From Rhynchopus sp. YZ270_cl-10 (taxonomy: Eukaryota), in the NCBI GenBank assembly GCA_964035575.1, contig OZ037841.1, forward strand, positions 1,798,001 to 1,862,000: a stretch of DNA of 64,000 bases, in the 5' to 3' direction. Positions 24,403-37,396 of this stretch are shown piece after piece. The position numbers were made by a program, and so were the translations under genes. The first letter of the stretch is position 1. Every line of letters starts with the position of its first letter. Below the pieces are notes generated by a model, which searched no databases, had not been told where the DNA came from, and saw only the letters and a list, made by a program, of their open reading frames with translations.

Positions 24403-26079
24403 ATGATCTGATTTTTTTTCAATACGTTGTCGTTGTGCCACTGCACCACACCGCCACCCGATTTTCCGAACGTTGTGGGTTTTTTGTGAGTGTACGCCCA
24501 TAGCGGCCATCGTTGTTCATTTTATTAATGCGTGTCCCGTGTCTTATTAGCTTCACATTTATCCGTTTCTTTAACTTTCGTTGGGCATCGAAACCCGAAG
24601 TGTACAACTTCACGTCACGACTTTTTTCTGTGCAAAAGCCTTTGGATAATTTACTTTCCAGGAGCTTTTTTCCCCTTTTTTCTTGTACATTTTCTTTCAT
24701 TTTTTGTGATTTTGTTTTGCCACTCCTCGCTTGCACAGCGAGTGTTTTTTTAAAGCACAAAGTGTATTTTTCTAAGATGCACAGGACGTTCATCTTTACA
24801 GTTTTGTTGCTCTTCATTTATTTTTTTAAATTCCGGTGATATCTGCTTTCATATTCTTTCAAACAACTGTACGGATGGAACCTGTAGAAGGATACGCTGC
24901 AATACTTTTTAAAAAGAGTTATTTCTTCACCCCCTATCCCTTCTTGCATTCTCTCCTCCACATTAGCAATGTGGCTCTCCTCAACAAACTTAGCGATCGT
25001 GGTGTGCTTTTGCAACACGGTCGCAGATACGCCATATCAAAGCAGTCTTTTTTCGTTTTGAACTTTTCCTTTTTTTCGCGTCCTTTTTACGCTTTCCTCT
25101 ATTTTGCGTTGTTTCTTTTTACGATTGTGATCAAAAGGTGACTTAAGCAAGAGGCTCTGGTATCATCTTCAGCTCTTCTGATGGCTCCATGTCTTCCATC
25201 TTTCGAGTACTATCCCGCTGTGGATTTCTTTGAACGAACTTCGAAAGCGAAAAAAGAAAATAAAAGAAGTAAAAAAAATGCAATTCACCCCATCCCTCCG
25301 AATTCTCATGGTATTTTTTTTTTATGTGTGGCTGGGCCGAATAATATAGTGTAACTTTAGTACTTTTGTGTACATCAAAAAGGGGTTTTCAAACATTGAG
25401 TTGTGTACATTTTTTTCCCATGCATGCAGGGTGACCGGGTTTCCGGTTTTCTCCTGCAGCAACATGGTGGTGAAAAACCGGTTTTCTGGCGAAAACTTGG
25501 GAAAATATTTTTTTCACCGCCTTAGTGACCTACCCACAATTTAATTTTTGACTCCCCCAAAAAATAAAGTGTACCTTTAGTACTTCTACTTCGTAAGTAC
25601 TGTTTTAGGGGTGTTTCCAGCCACACCAATTGAGTATTTTTTTTGTAGCTCAAAACTCAAAATAAATTATTGTCACACCCACTCAACCAAAAAAGAAGAA
25701 CAAAAAATAAATAGCCTACTTCCTTTCCTCACCCACTTCTTCCACATTCTGTCATCTTACAAAAGACATGGTGCGCCAAGCCCAATACACCCGCCCCATG
25801 TCGTTAGCCTGGGTCCCATTCGTTTAGTAGTCACGTTGCTAAGGTGCGATCACCCCTGGGACTAAGAGAAGCAGGAGTCGTTCACTCAGTAGTTCATACA
25901 CCCAAACCCACAATACGAATCTTCCACTCTACAGATACACAACCGCTCTTTCGTTTGTAATTCTTTTTCGTTCCAACACACATCAACCGAGTTATTTTTC
26001 TTTTTTTTTGCTGTTCTTTCTTTAGCTCTACTAAGCTTGACTTAGCTCCTTTCTTTTGAACCCATCAAAAATATACCAC

Positions 26080-29034
26080 ATGATGACAACGAGAACCTCG
26101 TCATGGTGCACACAACAGCTGTCCCTTCTCCTCCTCCTTGCCTGCACGACAGTCCCACCTGCAGCAGGGGTGCCACAGCAGCCGATCAGAGTCATGGCAG
26201 TGCTCTCCACCCAGACACCCGTCACCCCACACGGTGCATATGGTCCAGTGTCAGCCTGCATGCAGATCACACCTAGCTGCAAGGGCGGGCTTCCTCCACT
26301 TCACGCATGGCTGCGGCAGCAGCGGTCTGACGCACGAGGCAGCGTCTTCCTCACTGGACCTGACACCAAAAGTCGTTTCATTCTTTCGTACCCTTCGCAG
26401 TATCTTTTCAACCTTGAAGCCTGGCGACGACTTGGTGTTGACTTTGGAGTGCTCCAAGACGAAACGTTTGTGACGATGGACGGTCGTGCTGATGTTGCGA
26501 TACAGTTCCTGGAGGCGGCTCACGTTCCCATGATTGCGTCAAGCATGATGTCTGACAACACATTTACTATGTTCTACGGTCTCACCGAGCGGATTCACTA
26601 CAAAACCATTGATGGTGTAACTATCGCGACGATTACACTCTGGTCTGATGTATGGCAGGGAGGCACATTTGGCTTCTTCCGTCACGCAGTCATCCTTCCT
26701 GTTGTCTGCAAACGTGCCCGTGCACGTGGTGCACAACGTATCGTTGTCTTCATTTCTGGTTCCACCTCCGGTGCTGACGACCCCACCATCTACTCACAGT
26801 ACGACATTGATGTTGCGGTATTTACCTTGTTCGCTGGAGAGACCATCAAAACCAATGGGACGACCATATACAGGACAGGGCCTGATTATGGACTGCTGTC
26901 GGTGAGCCTTGTGCAGGATGGTGCAGTGTGGACGGATTCGTTTGAGGCAATCAGTCTCAACACACCACCTGCAGGATACGACACGGCTGTGTTTGCTGCG
27001 GACCAGGCCTGGGCACAGCTCGCGTTGGACCAGGCGAATGCGAACAACGTTGCTCTCACTGTGTCCACTGCAGCGCTTGACCCGTCCACTGGCCCAGACG
27101 GTGCTTATCTCTGTGCCCTGTACGAATGCCACATGGGACGTATGGGGTGTGATGCAATATATGAATGGGCCACATGGGCCGATGTGGTGGTAACTGTGGG
27201 TGGGTCCTTCAGAGGTCCTGGGTGGCCGGCCGGCCCAGTGACGAACGGCGACATCTATGCGGGGAACCCGTTCACAGATTTGATGTGCACACAGAACTAC
27301 ACAGGTCCAGGGTTGTTGCGTATTTTGGAGCAGGGTCTCAACTTCACAGCTTCTGACGGGACGAAGCCTGAAGGTGCAAGCCATTCGTACCTGCAGGTGG
27401 CGGGGTTGCGATTCAGGTACAACACACTCCTGCCGCGGCAGCAGCGTGTCACGGCGGTGGAGGTCTTTGACAAGGAGCTGGAGGAGTACGTTCCCTTGAG
27501 CAGACGCCGCACCTACTCGGTGGTCACCATCCAGCACCTCCTCCGTGGTGCTGACGGCTACGGAGACAGTCTTGGCGACCACCAACCAGGCTCACAGGTG
27601 TGCCACACGAGCACCACAATTGAGGTGTTCATTGCCTACCTGAAGCGCCAGAGCACCTACACACCACACATTGACGGGCTCTCTATTAACGACTTCAGCG
27701 GGACATGGATGAACCTCTTGAACAAGACACGTGAGGACTGCACAGTGGACGAACGCTTCTTGGCTGAGTGGAGCGACTGCGAGCCGTGTGAGCCAGGCTT
27801 CTGGCATCCCAACGTTGAGAGTGAGTTCTGTGTGGAGAAGCTTGCGACTGTGAAGGAGTCAGGAGACGGTGCGCCTATTGGTTTGATTCTTGGTGTCGTG
27901 TTTGGTGTGCTTGTGCTGCTTGCGATTCCTGTTGCGTGGAAGATGACAGAGAAGCAGCGCCGCATCAACGCACTCTTCAACAACAACAAGATTGCTGAGG
28001 AATGCGCCGTTGCGGTTGTGGAGCTGCGTCTCTCGGACCTGGATTACTTACTGGAGCTGGACAACCCGAACAAAATCCAAGCAGCCTTCATCTCCATTGT
28101 GAAGCAGCTGAAGGTGTACATGGCGTTCATGCCAAAGACTCTCCTTGCTGACCGCCAAGACGCGAATGATTCCACCAAGAACGACTCAGCGGCAGCATCT
28201 GACAGTTCGTCTAACTATAGCAAGTCGTCTGGTCAGTCACGCCAGAAAGATCAGGTCAGGCAAGCAACAAACTTCACAAAGCGCAAAAGCATTTCGATGT
28301 TGTGCCTGAACAGCAGAAACCACACTGCACTCTGCGATAAGTCGGACAGTGCAGGTGTGGTGCACACAGCACTGATTGAGAACTTCACCTTCACTGTTGC
28401 GACACACAAGGGTGTGTCCGAGCCTATGTGTGGCGACCGCCTTGTGGCATCGTGGAACACTGCCATCGACCGTGCGGGGCACTCCGCGTTGTCGTGTGCC
28501 GCAGCACATGCATTGGTTGAAAAGCTCACAGACCCGAACACAATGTCATTGCCCGACGGGTCAGTGATCACACCGAACATTGGAATTGCTTCAGGAAAGG
28601 GACTCTTTGGTTTGTTTGGCGGCACGGCAACAAAGAAGTACGACGTTATCGGGAAGGTGCTGCCGTCTGCAACGATTCTGATGCTTCTGAACAAAGAGCA
28701 CGAGACGCACATCCTCGTCACTGCGAAGGTTGCAGAGGCTGTGGGCTCTCTTTACTTTTTGCGCATTGTGGACTACGTGCACTACGCGAAGCTGGATCGG
28801 GCGAGCTTTATCTTTGAGCTGTGTGAGCGCAAGGAACAGGATGAAGGTGACGAGTGGATGTACACATTGGACTCACACGACAGACGTGACCCTTACCTTG
28901 TATGCAACGATACATGGAGGCTGCTGGTCAAGGAGGGCAGACTCCCGAAGCAGGAAGCAGGGATGAGTGAAAAGCTGCTCTCGATAGTGAACCCGAACTA
29001 CGTAGCACCGTGCGCTTCGCTGAATCTCTTGTAA
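26080..29034 (+). CDS. Receptor copy 1 (984 aa): signal peptide, degenerate 5'-nucleotidase, Cys-rich motif, TM, HAMP-like linker, degenerate class III nucleotidyl cyclase
   Basis: 5'-nucleotidase C-domain motifs (GGSFRG, GPVTNGDIYAGNPF, LQVAGLRFRYN, RVTAVEV, LLRGADGY). TM helix IGLILGVVFGVLVLLAIPVAW. Cyclase-like CGDRLVASWN and NIGIASG...GLFGG...YDVIG. Confidence 0.85.
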   Translation: MMTTRTSSWCTQQLSLLLLLACTTVPPAAGVPQQPIRVMAVLSTQTPVTPHGAYGPVSACMQITPSCKGGLPPLHAWLRQQRSDARGSVFLTGPDTKSRFILSYPSQYLFNLEAWRRLGVDFGVLQDETFVTMDGRADVAIQFLEAAHVPMIASSMMSDNTFTMFYGLTERIHYKTIDGVTIATITLWSDVWQGGTFGFFRHAVILPVVCKRARARGAQRIVVFISGSTSGADDPTIYSQYDIDVAVFTLFAGETIKTNGTTIYRTGPDYGLLSVSLVQDGAVWTDSFEAISLNTPPAGYDTAVFAADQAWAQLALDQANANNVALTVSTAALDPSTGPDGAYLCALYECHMGRMGCDAIYEWATWADVVVTVGGSFRGPGWPAGPVTNGDIYAGNPFTDLMCTQNYTGPGLLRILEQGLNFTASDGTKPEGASHSYLQVAGLRFRYNTLLPRQQRVTAVEVFDKELEEYVPLSRRRTYSVVTIQHLLRGADGYGDSLGDHQPGSQVCHTSTTIEVFIAYLKRQSTYTPHIDGLSINDFSGTWMNLLNKTREDCTVDERFLAEWSDCEPCEPGFWHPNVESEFCVEKLATVKESGDGAPIGLILGVVFGVLVLLAIPVAWKMTEKQRRINALFNNNKIAEECAVAVVELRLSDLDYLLELDNPNKIQAAFISIVKQLKVYMAFMPKTLLADRQDANDSTKNDSAAASDSSSNYSKSSGQSRQKDQVRQATNFTKRKSISMLCLNSRNHTALCDKSDSAGVVHTALIENFTFTVATHKGVSEPMCGDRLVASWNTAIDRAGHSALSCAAAHALVEKLTDPNTMSLPDGSVITPNIGIASGKGLFGLFGGTATKKYDVIGKVLPSATILMLLNKEHETHILVTAKVAEAVGSLYFLRIVDYVHYAKLDRASFIFELCERKEQDEGDEWMYTLDSHDRRDPYLVCNDTWRLLVKEGRLPKQEAGMSEKLLSIVNPNYVAPCASLNLL

Positions 29035-32000
29035 CAACGTTACTACTCGATACCAGATCACACCAGCGAACACCGGCTACAATAGCCTCTTCTTTTATTG
29101 TTTGCGTGAGGCCGAGGTCCGCCTTGTCACTTTTTTTACGTGGTGAAGAGTACCACCGGCATCACCTCGTCTATGTGTGCACGAGGCTGCCACTCTACAG
29201 TGTGCTGTATGTGTATACGTTGTTCAGTGTGTCTTAAATAGCGATCAGCGCACCTGCCATCCCGGGCGTGTTGTGTATACGAAAGGGTTTTTGATTTCAA
29301 GTAGCCTTTGTTTTTCTTTTCTTAACGTACCCTGCGTAGCCTGCGCTATTCTGTGTCGCGTAGGTTATCCCCATCCCCAGTAATTAGGTGAGGTCTGAGG
29401 ATAGTTAGCAGATGCTGCACCCCGTTCGCTACGGTATGGTGGGTCAGCTGCATCAATAGCTATTCCTCTTTTTCTTCTTCTTCAGTTATGGCAGGGTTTC
29501 CACAATCGTGAAGATGTTCATCAAAAAACGAACGGAAAAAAAGGGGGGTTTACACCACAGCAAAAAGTTGTATTTTACACTGTGGTTACAAAGCTTTTTT
29601 GAAAAAATAGGATATATAGTGGAGGACACTCTAGGTGGCTACACTAACACAACCAAGTATTCAAAATAGGAAAACTCCCGAAAATAGGTTCGTCACCTTT
29701 GGGAAACCCTGTTCATGGTGACTAAGTAAGTTGTCGTGCTTAGATGCATACCATCTTTTCTTGTTCTCATTCTTCACAAAGTAAGAGTGTGTCAATTTTG
29801 CTTTCTTTCTAAAAGGGATTCTTTATTTTGCTTTACCATTTCAGCTTAGCTTCATCTTACCAACTTTTCTCTCCACAACTGGAGGGCTATCTTCCCTTGC
29901 CGCGTGCTCGAGGCAAATCACTGTGTTTAACAGTTACCTACAACACAAGCAAAGTGACGACATCCCGAACATGCCGTCTCGGCGCTGCAGAGGGGGCTTC
30001 AGCTGGTGTTCACGCACAAATAGTGGGGCATGTGTGCACGTGTTCAGAACTACTTTCTTTTCAAGGTTCTATTCATTGATGTGCCCAATGAAGAATGAAG
30101 AGTTGGTAAGTTGAACCTTGAATGCTGTCATGAACCCATTTCACCCTCCCCTCCCCCTCGAGGCTCTCTCCTCCACATGAACAATGTGGCGTTCGGTGCT
30201 CTCCTCACATACTTAGCAATCGGGTGTGCTTTGCAACACTGTTGAGGATGTGCATGTCAAAAGCCTTGTTTTTGCTGCTATTTTCTTTTTTCCTTTTGCG
30301 CCTTTTTGTCACGGACGTCTCATTGATGGGACATCCTTTTAAGAAGGCACCTTTTTTTACTCATTCGTGTTTGATGTTTTTGTTCTTTATGCATGTGTAC
30401 ATTGTAGTGTTTGCAAGTTTGAGAAAATATATCCGTTTCGCTTGATCAGATCTCGACCGTTTGTTGCATTGCACGCTTCCACTTTTTTTTTTTTTTTTGA
30501 AAAAATTGATTGTTTCCAGCACACGCGGACTGTGTCAGTGTGTGATGGTATATGATTATTGCCTGAAGTACAGAAAAATGGGAGTGTCGGTGGCGGAGCA
30601 CAAAAGAGGTAAAATGAAAAACATATCGGGTGGGGTCTCTGATCTAATCTGTGCGACGAATATATTTCCCCTATCACGCCATGTTTGGCCAGGGCCTCTC
30701 CAGCGCGTCAGTTGCAAAATTTTTGATAACTTGTGATCCCCGCCAACCCACACTCCCTATTTGTCCAAAAATTAGTTCACCAAAGGTTCCTGGCGAAGCC
30801 ACGGTACGCAACATTTCAAAAATTGCGCTTAAAAATTGCACATTAGTCAAACTATGTTATGGGAAAGGTGGGATACTTGCGCCGCAGGCGCACAGTTCGT
30901 TACTTTTTTCCTTTTGCCACCTTCTTTTTTCTCACTTCTTGTTGGGTTCCACGAGCTCCGTCCGTCAAATGGTGGGGTCACAACGCGTCGCTTTTATTCT
31001 CAACGATTTTTTTTCAAACCCAATTTTTTTGGACCAAATTAAAGAGGTTTCCGGAGCGTATGGTGCAATACAAATATCACAGAATATACATTACACACTA
31101 TACGCACAAACAAAACGTCAGGAAACGACTCACACTGCCATTTTATTCACTGCTTGTGTATCGCGTCTTTTTAATTTTTATGCATGACTAAGCACATGCA
31201 GCTTAGGTACATCTGACCAACGTTTATCTTTATTTTTGCGAGAAAAAAAAATACATCATCATTTTGTTTATTTCCAGTGGACAACCAAACGGTGTTAAGA
31301 GCAGGGCTTGCTTCTGCAGGAACTTCAATCGCGAAGTTTTCAGTTTTGGCAGTAACAAAAAATGCTCAACTCAAAAGCGACACTTGTTTGGGATATCCAA
31401 ATATGCAGTTGAGGAGCAGCACCAACACAGCTTCCTCGCTTCTTAGTGTTGCTGGCAGCTCCAGGAGGAAAGCCAGCATTTTAAAGTAGTTTTTTTTATC
31501 AGACACCTTCATCAGGGGCTTATATATTTTGTAAAGGTTTTGGGGGAAATTTGGGGTGGTCCGAAGAATTGACAGCACGGTGACCACAATCGGTTTTTCC
31601 CGTAAGGGACCCCTTACAACCTCAGGGAGGGTTGCGCCGCAGGCGCATGGTACGCTACTTTTTTTCTCTCGCCATGCTGCATGCTTCCTTTTGCTTCGGC
31701 GTTTGACCAATTGAGTCGCGTGCTGGCTGTGACGGGGTCACGTCTTCATGAAGTCATTTCTGGTCACTCTCAGAGGACTCTCGAGGCTCGTGTGAGGTAC
31801 TAAAAAACCCCTATTTCCCCCCAAGAATTATCATTTTTTTTGGACGAAGAACTGTTAATGCCTGGTGAAAACCTGGTCAGGTTGACCAGGACGTACCTTA
31901 TATATAAGCCCCTGATATTCATATTTCAAGCCTCTTACACTCTCAGTGCTTTCTGTTCTCCTGAATCGAAAGCACATGAATTAAAGTTCTATGTATCTTC

Positions 32001-33271
32001 ATGAGTGCCTGTTGCATGTAGCGATCAAATGCATGCAACGTTATCCTCGGAACATACTTTCACGCATACCGTTGCTGGTGTTTGTGCCTTGTGTGGGCGA
32101 ACATCTGCTCTGGTTCATATCTTTTTTCTCTTTTTTTATATATCTCTTTTCATGCATTGGACACCCAGAAAAACCGTCTGTAAGTATCCCCGCCTTTGGG
32201 TTGCATAGAGTAGAGTGCAGAACCCGCCTTTTGTGTTGCGTCTGGTACCACAGAACTGGTAGATATTCTTCTCTCAACAAAGCATTTTTTTTTTTGAAAT
32301 TTCATCGTCTGTGTGGTTCAGCATTGAACTGCCGCGAAACAAACGTATCTTTCCCGAAATAAATGTTAGAGAGATGAGTCCGTGTCTTTTTTTAAATTAT
32401 GCTCTGGTCTTTTTGTTATTTTTGTCTTGGTTTTTTTTTGCGCGGCTGGCAATTATCGTCTCAGCAAAGTTCCTGTCTCGAGATAATTAGTGTTTCAATA
32501 AATTGGTCATCGATTATTGCTGTCGCCTTTTGCGGTAAGGTCCCAGCGCTCCACTGTATTCTTCATAGTGCTCCTTTGTTGGAGGTGACTAACTAATCAG
32601 CAGAGTCGTAGCATCGCCACAAGATTGTTTATTTCTCGTTCTTCTGTTTGTTTTCCTTTTTCTTGTGCATAAAGAACAGCACGTCCTCAGTGAAGGATGT
32701 GCTTTGCACTGTCGGGGAAATGCACATCAAAGCCTTAGTGTTCCTTTCTTTTTGTTCAAAGCGCCCTTCAAAAAAACGATTTATTTGCTCTTACGTGTGT
32801 GTTTTGTTGCCTTTTGAGATCTTGTTGTTTTCCCAAAAGACGCGATATTTTGTTTAGATGTGTGTGCACGAGATGCACATTACATTGCTCAGCACATTCA
32901 CGATTTCTTCAGAATTAATCGACCTCTTGGTAAATCCATTATAATTGTTCAGTGTCACACCCCAGGATCACGCACCCCAGTATACAACCCCTCACAGACG
33001 CTATACCTTCCACCTTTTCCTTTTCCTTTCCTTTTTTTTTTTTACACATTATACTTTCCCTGCATACATCAGCGCAACAGTTTTACATACTAAACTTTTA
33101 CACAATATATTGCAATACCGAATACCTATTTTTCATTTTCTTTCGTTGTCATCTAAGCAGTTCATTTTGTGACATCTTTTTACTGTCTGCATCTTTTACT
33201 TTCTTTAGCTCTACTAAGCTCAGCTCATCTTACCACATTTGCTTCTTTCTTTTGAACCCATCATAAACCAC

Positions 33272-35643
33272 ATGATGACAACGAGAACCTCGTCATGGTG
33301 CACACAACAGCTGTCCCTTCTCCTCCTCCTTGCCTGCACGACAGTCCCACCTGCAGCAGGGGTGCCACAGCAGCCGATCAGAGTCATGGCAGTGCTCTCC
33401 ACCCAGACACCCGTCACCCCACACGGTGCATGGGGTCCAGTGTCAGCCTGCATGCAGATCACACCTAGCTGCAAGGGCGGGTTTCCTCCACTTCACGCAT
33501 GGCTGCGGCAGCAGCGGTCTGACGCACGAGGCAGCGTCTTCCTCACTGGACCTGACACCAAAAGTCGTTTCATTCTGTCGTACCCTTCGCAGTATCTTTT
33601 CAACCTTGAAGCCTGGCGACGACTTAGTGTTGACTTTGGAGTGCTCCAAGACGAAACGTTTGTGACGATGGACGGTCGTGCTGATGTTGCGATACAGTTC
33701 CTGGAGGCGGCTCACGTTCCCATGATTGCGTCAAGCATGATGTCTGACAACACATTTCCTATGTTCTACGGTCTCACCGAGCGGATTCACTACAAAACCA
33801 TTGATGGTGTAACTATCGCGACGATTACACTCTGGTCTGATGTCTGGCAGGGAGGCTCGTTTGGCTTCTTCCGTCACGCAGTCATCCTTCCTGTTGTCTG
33901 CAAACGTGCCCGTGCACGTGGTGCACAACGTATCGTTGTCTTCATTTCTGGAACAGCCTACGGTGCTGACGACCCCACCATCTACTCACAGTACGACATT
34001 GATGTTGCGGTCTTCACTTTCGTCCCTGGAGACACCATCAAAACCAATGGGACGACCATATACAGGACAGGGCCTGATTATGGACTGCTGTCGGTGAGCC
34101 TTGTGCAGGATGGTGCAGTGTGGACGGATTCGTTTGAGGCAATCAGTCTCAACACACCACCTGCAGGATACGACACGGCTGTGTTTGCTGCGGACCAGGC
34201 CTGGGCACAGCTCGCGTTGGACCAGGCGAATGCGAACAACGTTGCTCTCACTGTGTCCACTGCAGCGCTTGACCCATCCTCTGGCCCGAATGGCGAACTT
34301 CTCTGTGCCGTGAACGAATGCCACATGGGACGTATGGGGTGTGATGCAATATATGAATGGGCCACATGGGCCGATGTGGTGGTGACTGTGGGTGGGTCCT
34401 TCAGAGGTCCTGGGTGGCCGGCCGGCCCAGTGACGAACGGCGACATCTATGCGGGGAACCCGTTCACAAATTTGATGTGCACACAGAACTACACAGGTCC
34501 AGGGTTGTTGCGTATTTTGGGCTGCTTGCGATTCCTGTTGCGTGGAAGATGACAGAGAAGCAGCGCCGCATCAACGCACTCTTCAACAACAACAAGATTG
34601 CTGAGGAATGTGCCGTTGCGGTTGTGGAGCTGCGTCTCTCGGACCTGGATTACTTACTGGAGCTGGACAACCCGAACAAAATCCAAGCAGCCTTCGTCTC
34701 CATTGTGAAGCAGCTGAAGGTGTACATGGCGTTCATGCCAAAGACTCTCCTTGCTGATCGTGTGGGGAGTGATGAAGAGAAGAATGAGGGATCTGATAGT
34801 TCATCCAAGTTCAGCAATAGCAGAAGCAAGCAGTCTTCTTTAAAGTCACGCCAGAAAGATCAGGTCAGGCAAGCAACAAACTTCACAAAACGCAAGCACA
34901 TTTCGATGTTGTGCCTGAACAGCAGAAACCACACTGCACTCTGCGATAAGTCGGACAGTGCAGGTGTGGTGCACACAGCACTGATTGAGAACTTCACCTT
35001 CACTGTTGCGACACACAAGGGTGTGTCCGAGCCTATGTGTGGCGACCGTCTTGTGGCATCGTGGAACACTATCGTCGACCGTGCGGGACACTGTGAGCGT
35101 GCGTGCGATGCAGCACATGCATTGCTTCAAAAGTTCGGGGACACCAAAACCTGTGATGAGCAGGCAGTGATTACACCGAACATTGGAATTGCTTCAGGAA
35201 AGGGACTCTTTGGTTTGTTTGGAGGCACGGCAACAAAGAAGTACGACGTTATCGGGAAGGTGCTGCCGTCTGCAACGATTCTGATGCTTCTGAACAAAGA
35301 GCACGAGACGCACATCCTCGTCACTGCGAAGGTTGCAGAGGCTGTGGGCTCTGCCTATTTTGTGAGCATTGTGGACTACGTGCACTACGCGAAGCTGGAT
35401 CGGGCGAGCTTTATCTTTGAGCTGTGTGAGCGCAAAGAAAATAAAGACGGAGACGAGTGGATGTACACATTGGACTCACACGCCAAGAACGACCCTTACC
35501 TTGTGTGCAACGATGCATGGAGGCAGGTGATCAAGGACGGCACTCTCCCTTCGGCTGAAGGGCTGAGTGAAAAACTACGTTCCATTGCTGCGGATGAGAA
35601 GCAGCAGTATATTGCGCCGTGTGCTTCACTGAATCTCTTGTAA
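33272..35643 (+). pseudogene. Receptor copy 2, split by a 586-bp frameshifting deletion at 34520/34521 into ORFs 33272-34552 and 34549-35643
   Basis: Relative to copy 1, bases 27329-27914 are missing (part of the ectodomain and most of the TM helix). Both remaining parts are otherwise open. Confidence 0.8.
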
Positions 35644-37396
35644 CTAAGTGAGGATGGTCTCTGAGTGGCCAACTACACGAACCCAAGCTATTTGTGAGGG
35701 TGGTGAATAGGTTATTTATTTGATGCCTAAGTTCCCGAACAGGGTTCTGAGGCGATTGTCTAGACAACAAAAATCAAGAAATTATAATACGAGTAATATA
35801 TTATCAGATAATATTTATGGTTCTAGTAACACACCTTTGGCCGCCTGTTCGCGCACTGTTTCTGCTCACCTATTTTCTATTGGTGCACCTGGCTACGTTC
35901 AGTGCGACCGATTGCAGTGTTTGCATCTATATTACACCGCTACGCCTATTATTTACTGGTTCAGCATGCTTGCAGCACACAGTCGCAGCAAATTGTCCCT
36001 TTCTCCTGTTCCTATACAATCAAAAACAGAGGGGAACAAAACATCTCACTTTTTTTCTAATTTTTTTCTCTTCCGGCAGCCCTGTGTACACTGCTTTGTC
36101 ATCATACAGCATACATCTGTAAACTATCAAAAATGTCTCCATTTTGAGGCAAGTGTTCTTACCTCCATCATATCGCCGCAGATTCTTCCTGTCATTGTCT
36201 GTCATTAAGCAGGGAGTCCATGCGTGAGAATCCCCCGCCAACGCGTGTCGGTCAACGGAAAGTGCTTGTACGACGTCGAACACTTCACTCCGTTTAGTTA
36301 AAGATGTGCCTCTGCCATCTTCTCCGTGGAAGCGCATCTGAGACCTTCTAAAGAGAGAGCTGCTTCCCGTTTCCATGACATTCAAGCTCCTTGCCAAATG
36401 AACAACTTTTTTAGCACTGTGGTGCTTGCGGGTCGCGACAGGTGAGGTGCTGTCGGCGAAGTTGACCGGCGCCTCACAATGGATTTTTCTTTGAGGCGGA
36501 CTTTCAGAGTCCGCCATAGTCCGTCTCTAACTCAGGCGGACCGAATTGTCTAATTTTTTTCATATTGAACCCCTTTTTGCTGAGATTGGCACGTTTTACA
36601 CAACTACTCTTTTTCGAGCCTTTGTTTCCACAAAGGCAGCATTGCAAAACCGCATCAACCTTGCGACGCTGACATCGTATGTAAGTCAGATGGACTTATT
36701 TTCATCAAGAATTTCACTTTTTTGTTTATCTGAGGAACAGAAGTAATCGAGAGAGATGTCGTCGGGAGATCTCTCGTTCTTTTTCGCCTTGTGCGGAGTC
36801 GTGGCGACTCTGTTTTCTTTCCTTGAGCATTTTTATTGGGGGATGGGTTGTGCAAGCAAAGTAAGGCAATAGGAGAAAATATACCACTAAGCGTGAAAGG
36901 GGAGATGCCCTTGAGCATGAACTGGGGGAACAACTTAAACCCCCCTCCCAACTATTGTTTACATACAGGTATTGTTTACATATAATTATTCACAGCTATT
37001 ATTTACATCCAATTACTATTTACATTCGAATTATTTATTTACACCCCCTTTTTTTTGCAGGTTTTTGGTGACGGGGTGCGGATTCGTGACCAAAAACACA
37101 ATTTTTTGGAATTTCCGGAATCTGTCCAGAAAATGGTGGGGTCGATGTTGAAAATTGGACAATTTTTTGACCACTTAAATTTTGGAAAATATGAGCCCGG
37201 TCACTAGGTGGGGCCCATTTTCGGCCAAAAACTCACACTCATCCAGGTTACTGCAGAAATACAGTTGGACCGCGCGTCCCCCACGGGTGGTGTTCTTCCT
37301 GTGAAGGATGAGGGATATTCCTCTCGCTTTCCATAAAGCTTTGAACCACACGTCTTCCCGGAAACCCCTACGGTAACAACTGCGTGCCTTCGCGTA

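Noticed and set aside
36020..36517. 165-aa minus-strand ORF
   Set aside because: No recognisable domain, opposite to the gene cluster, and it ends in AT-rich sequence.
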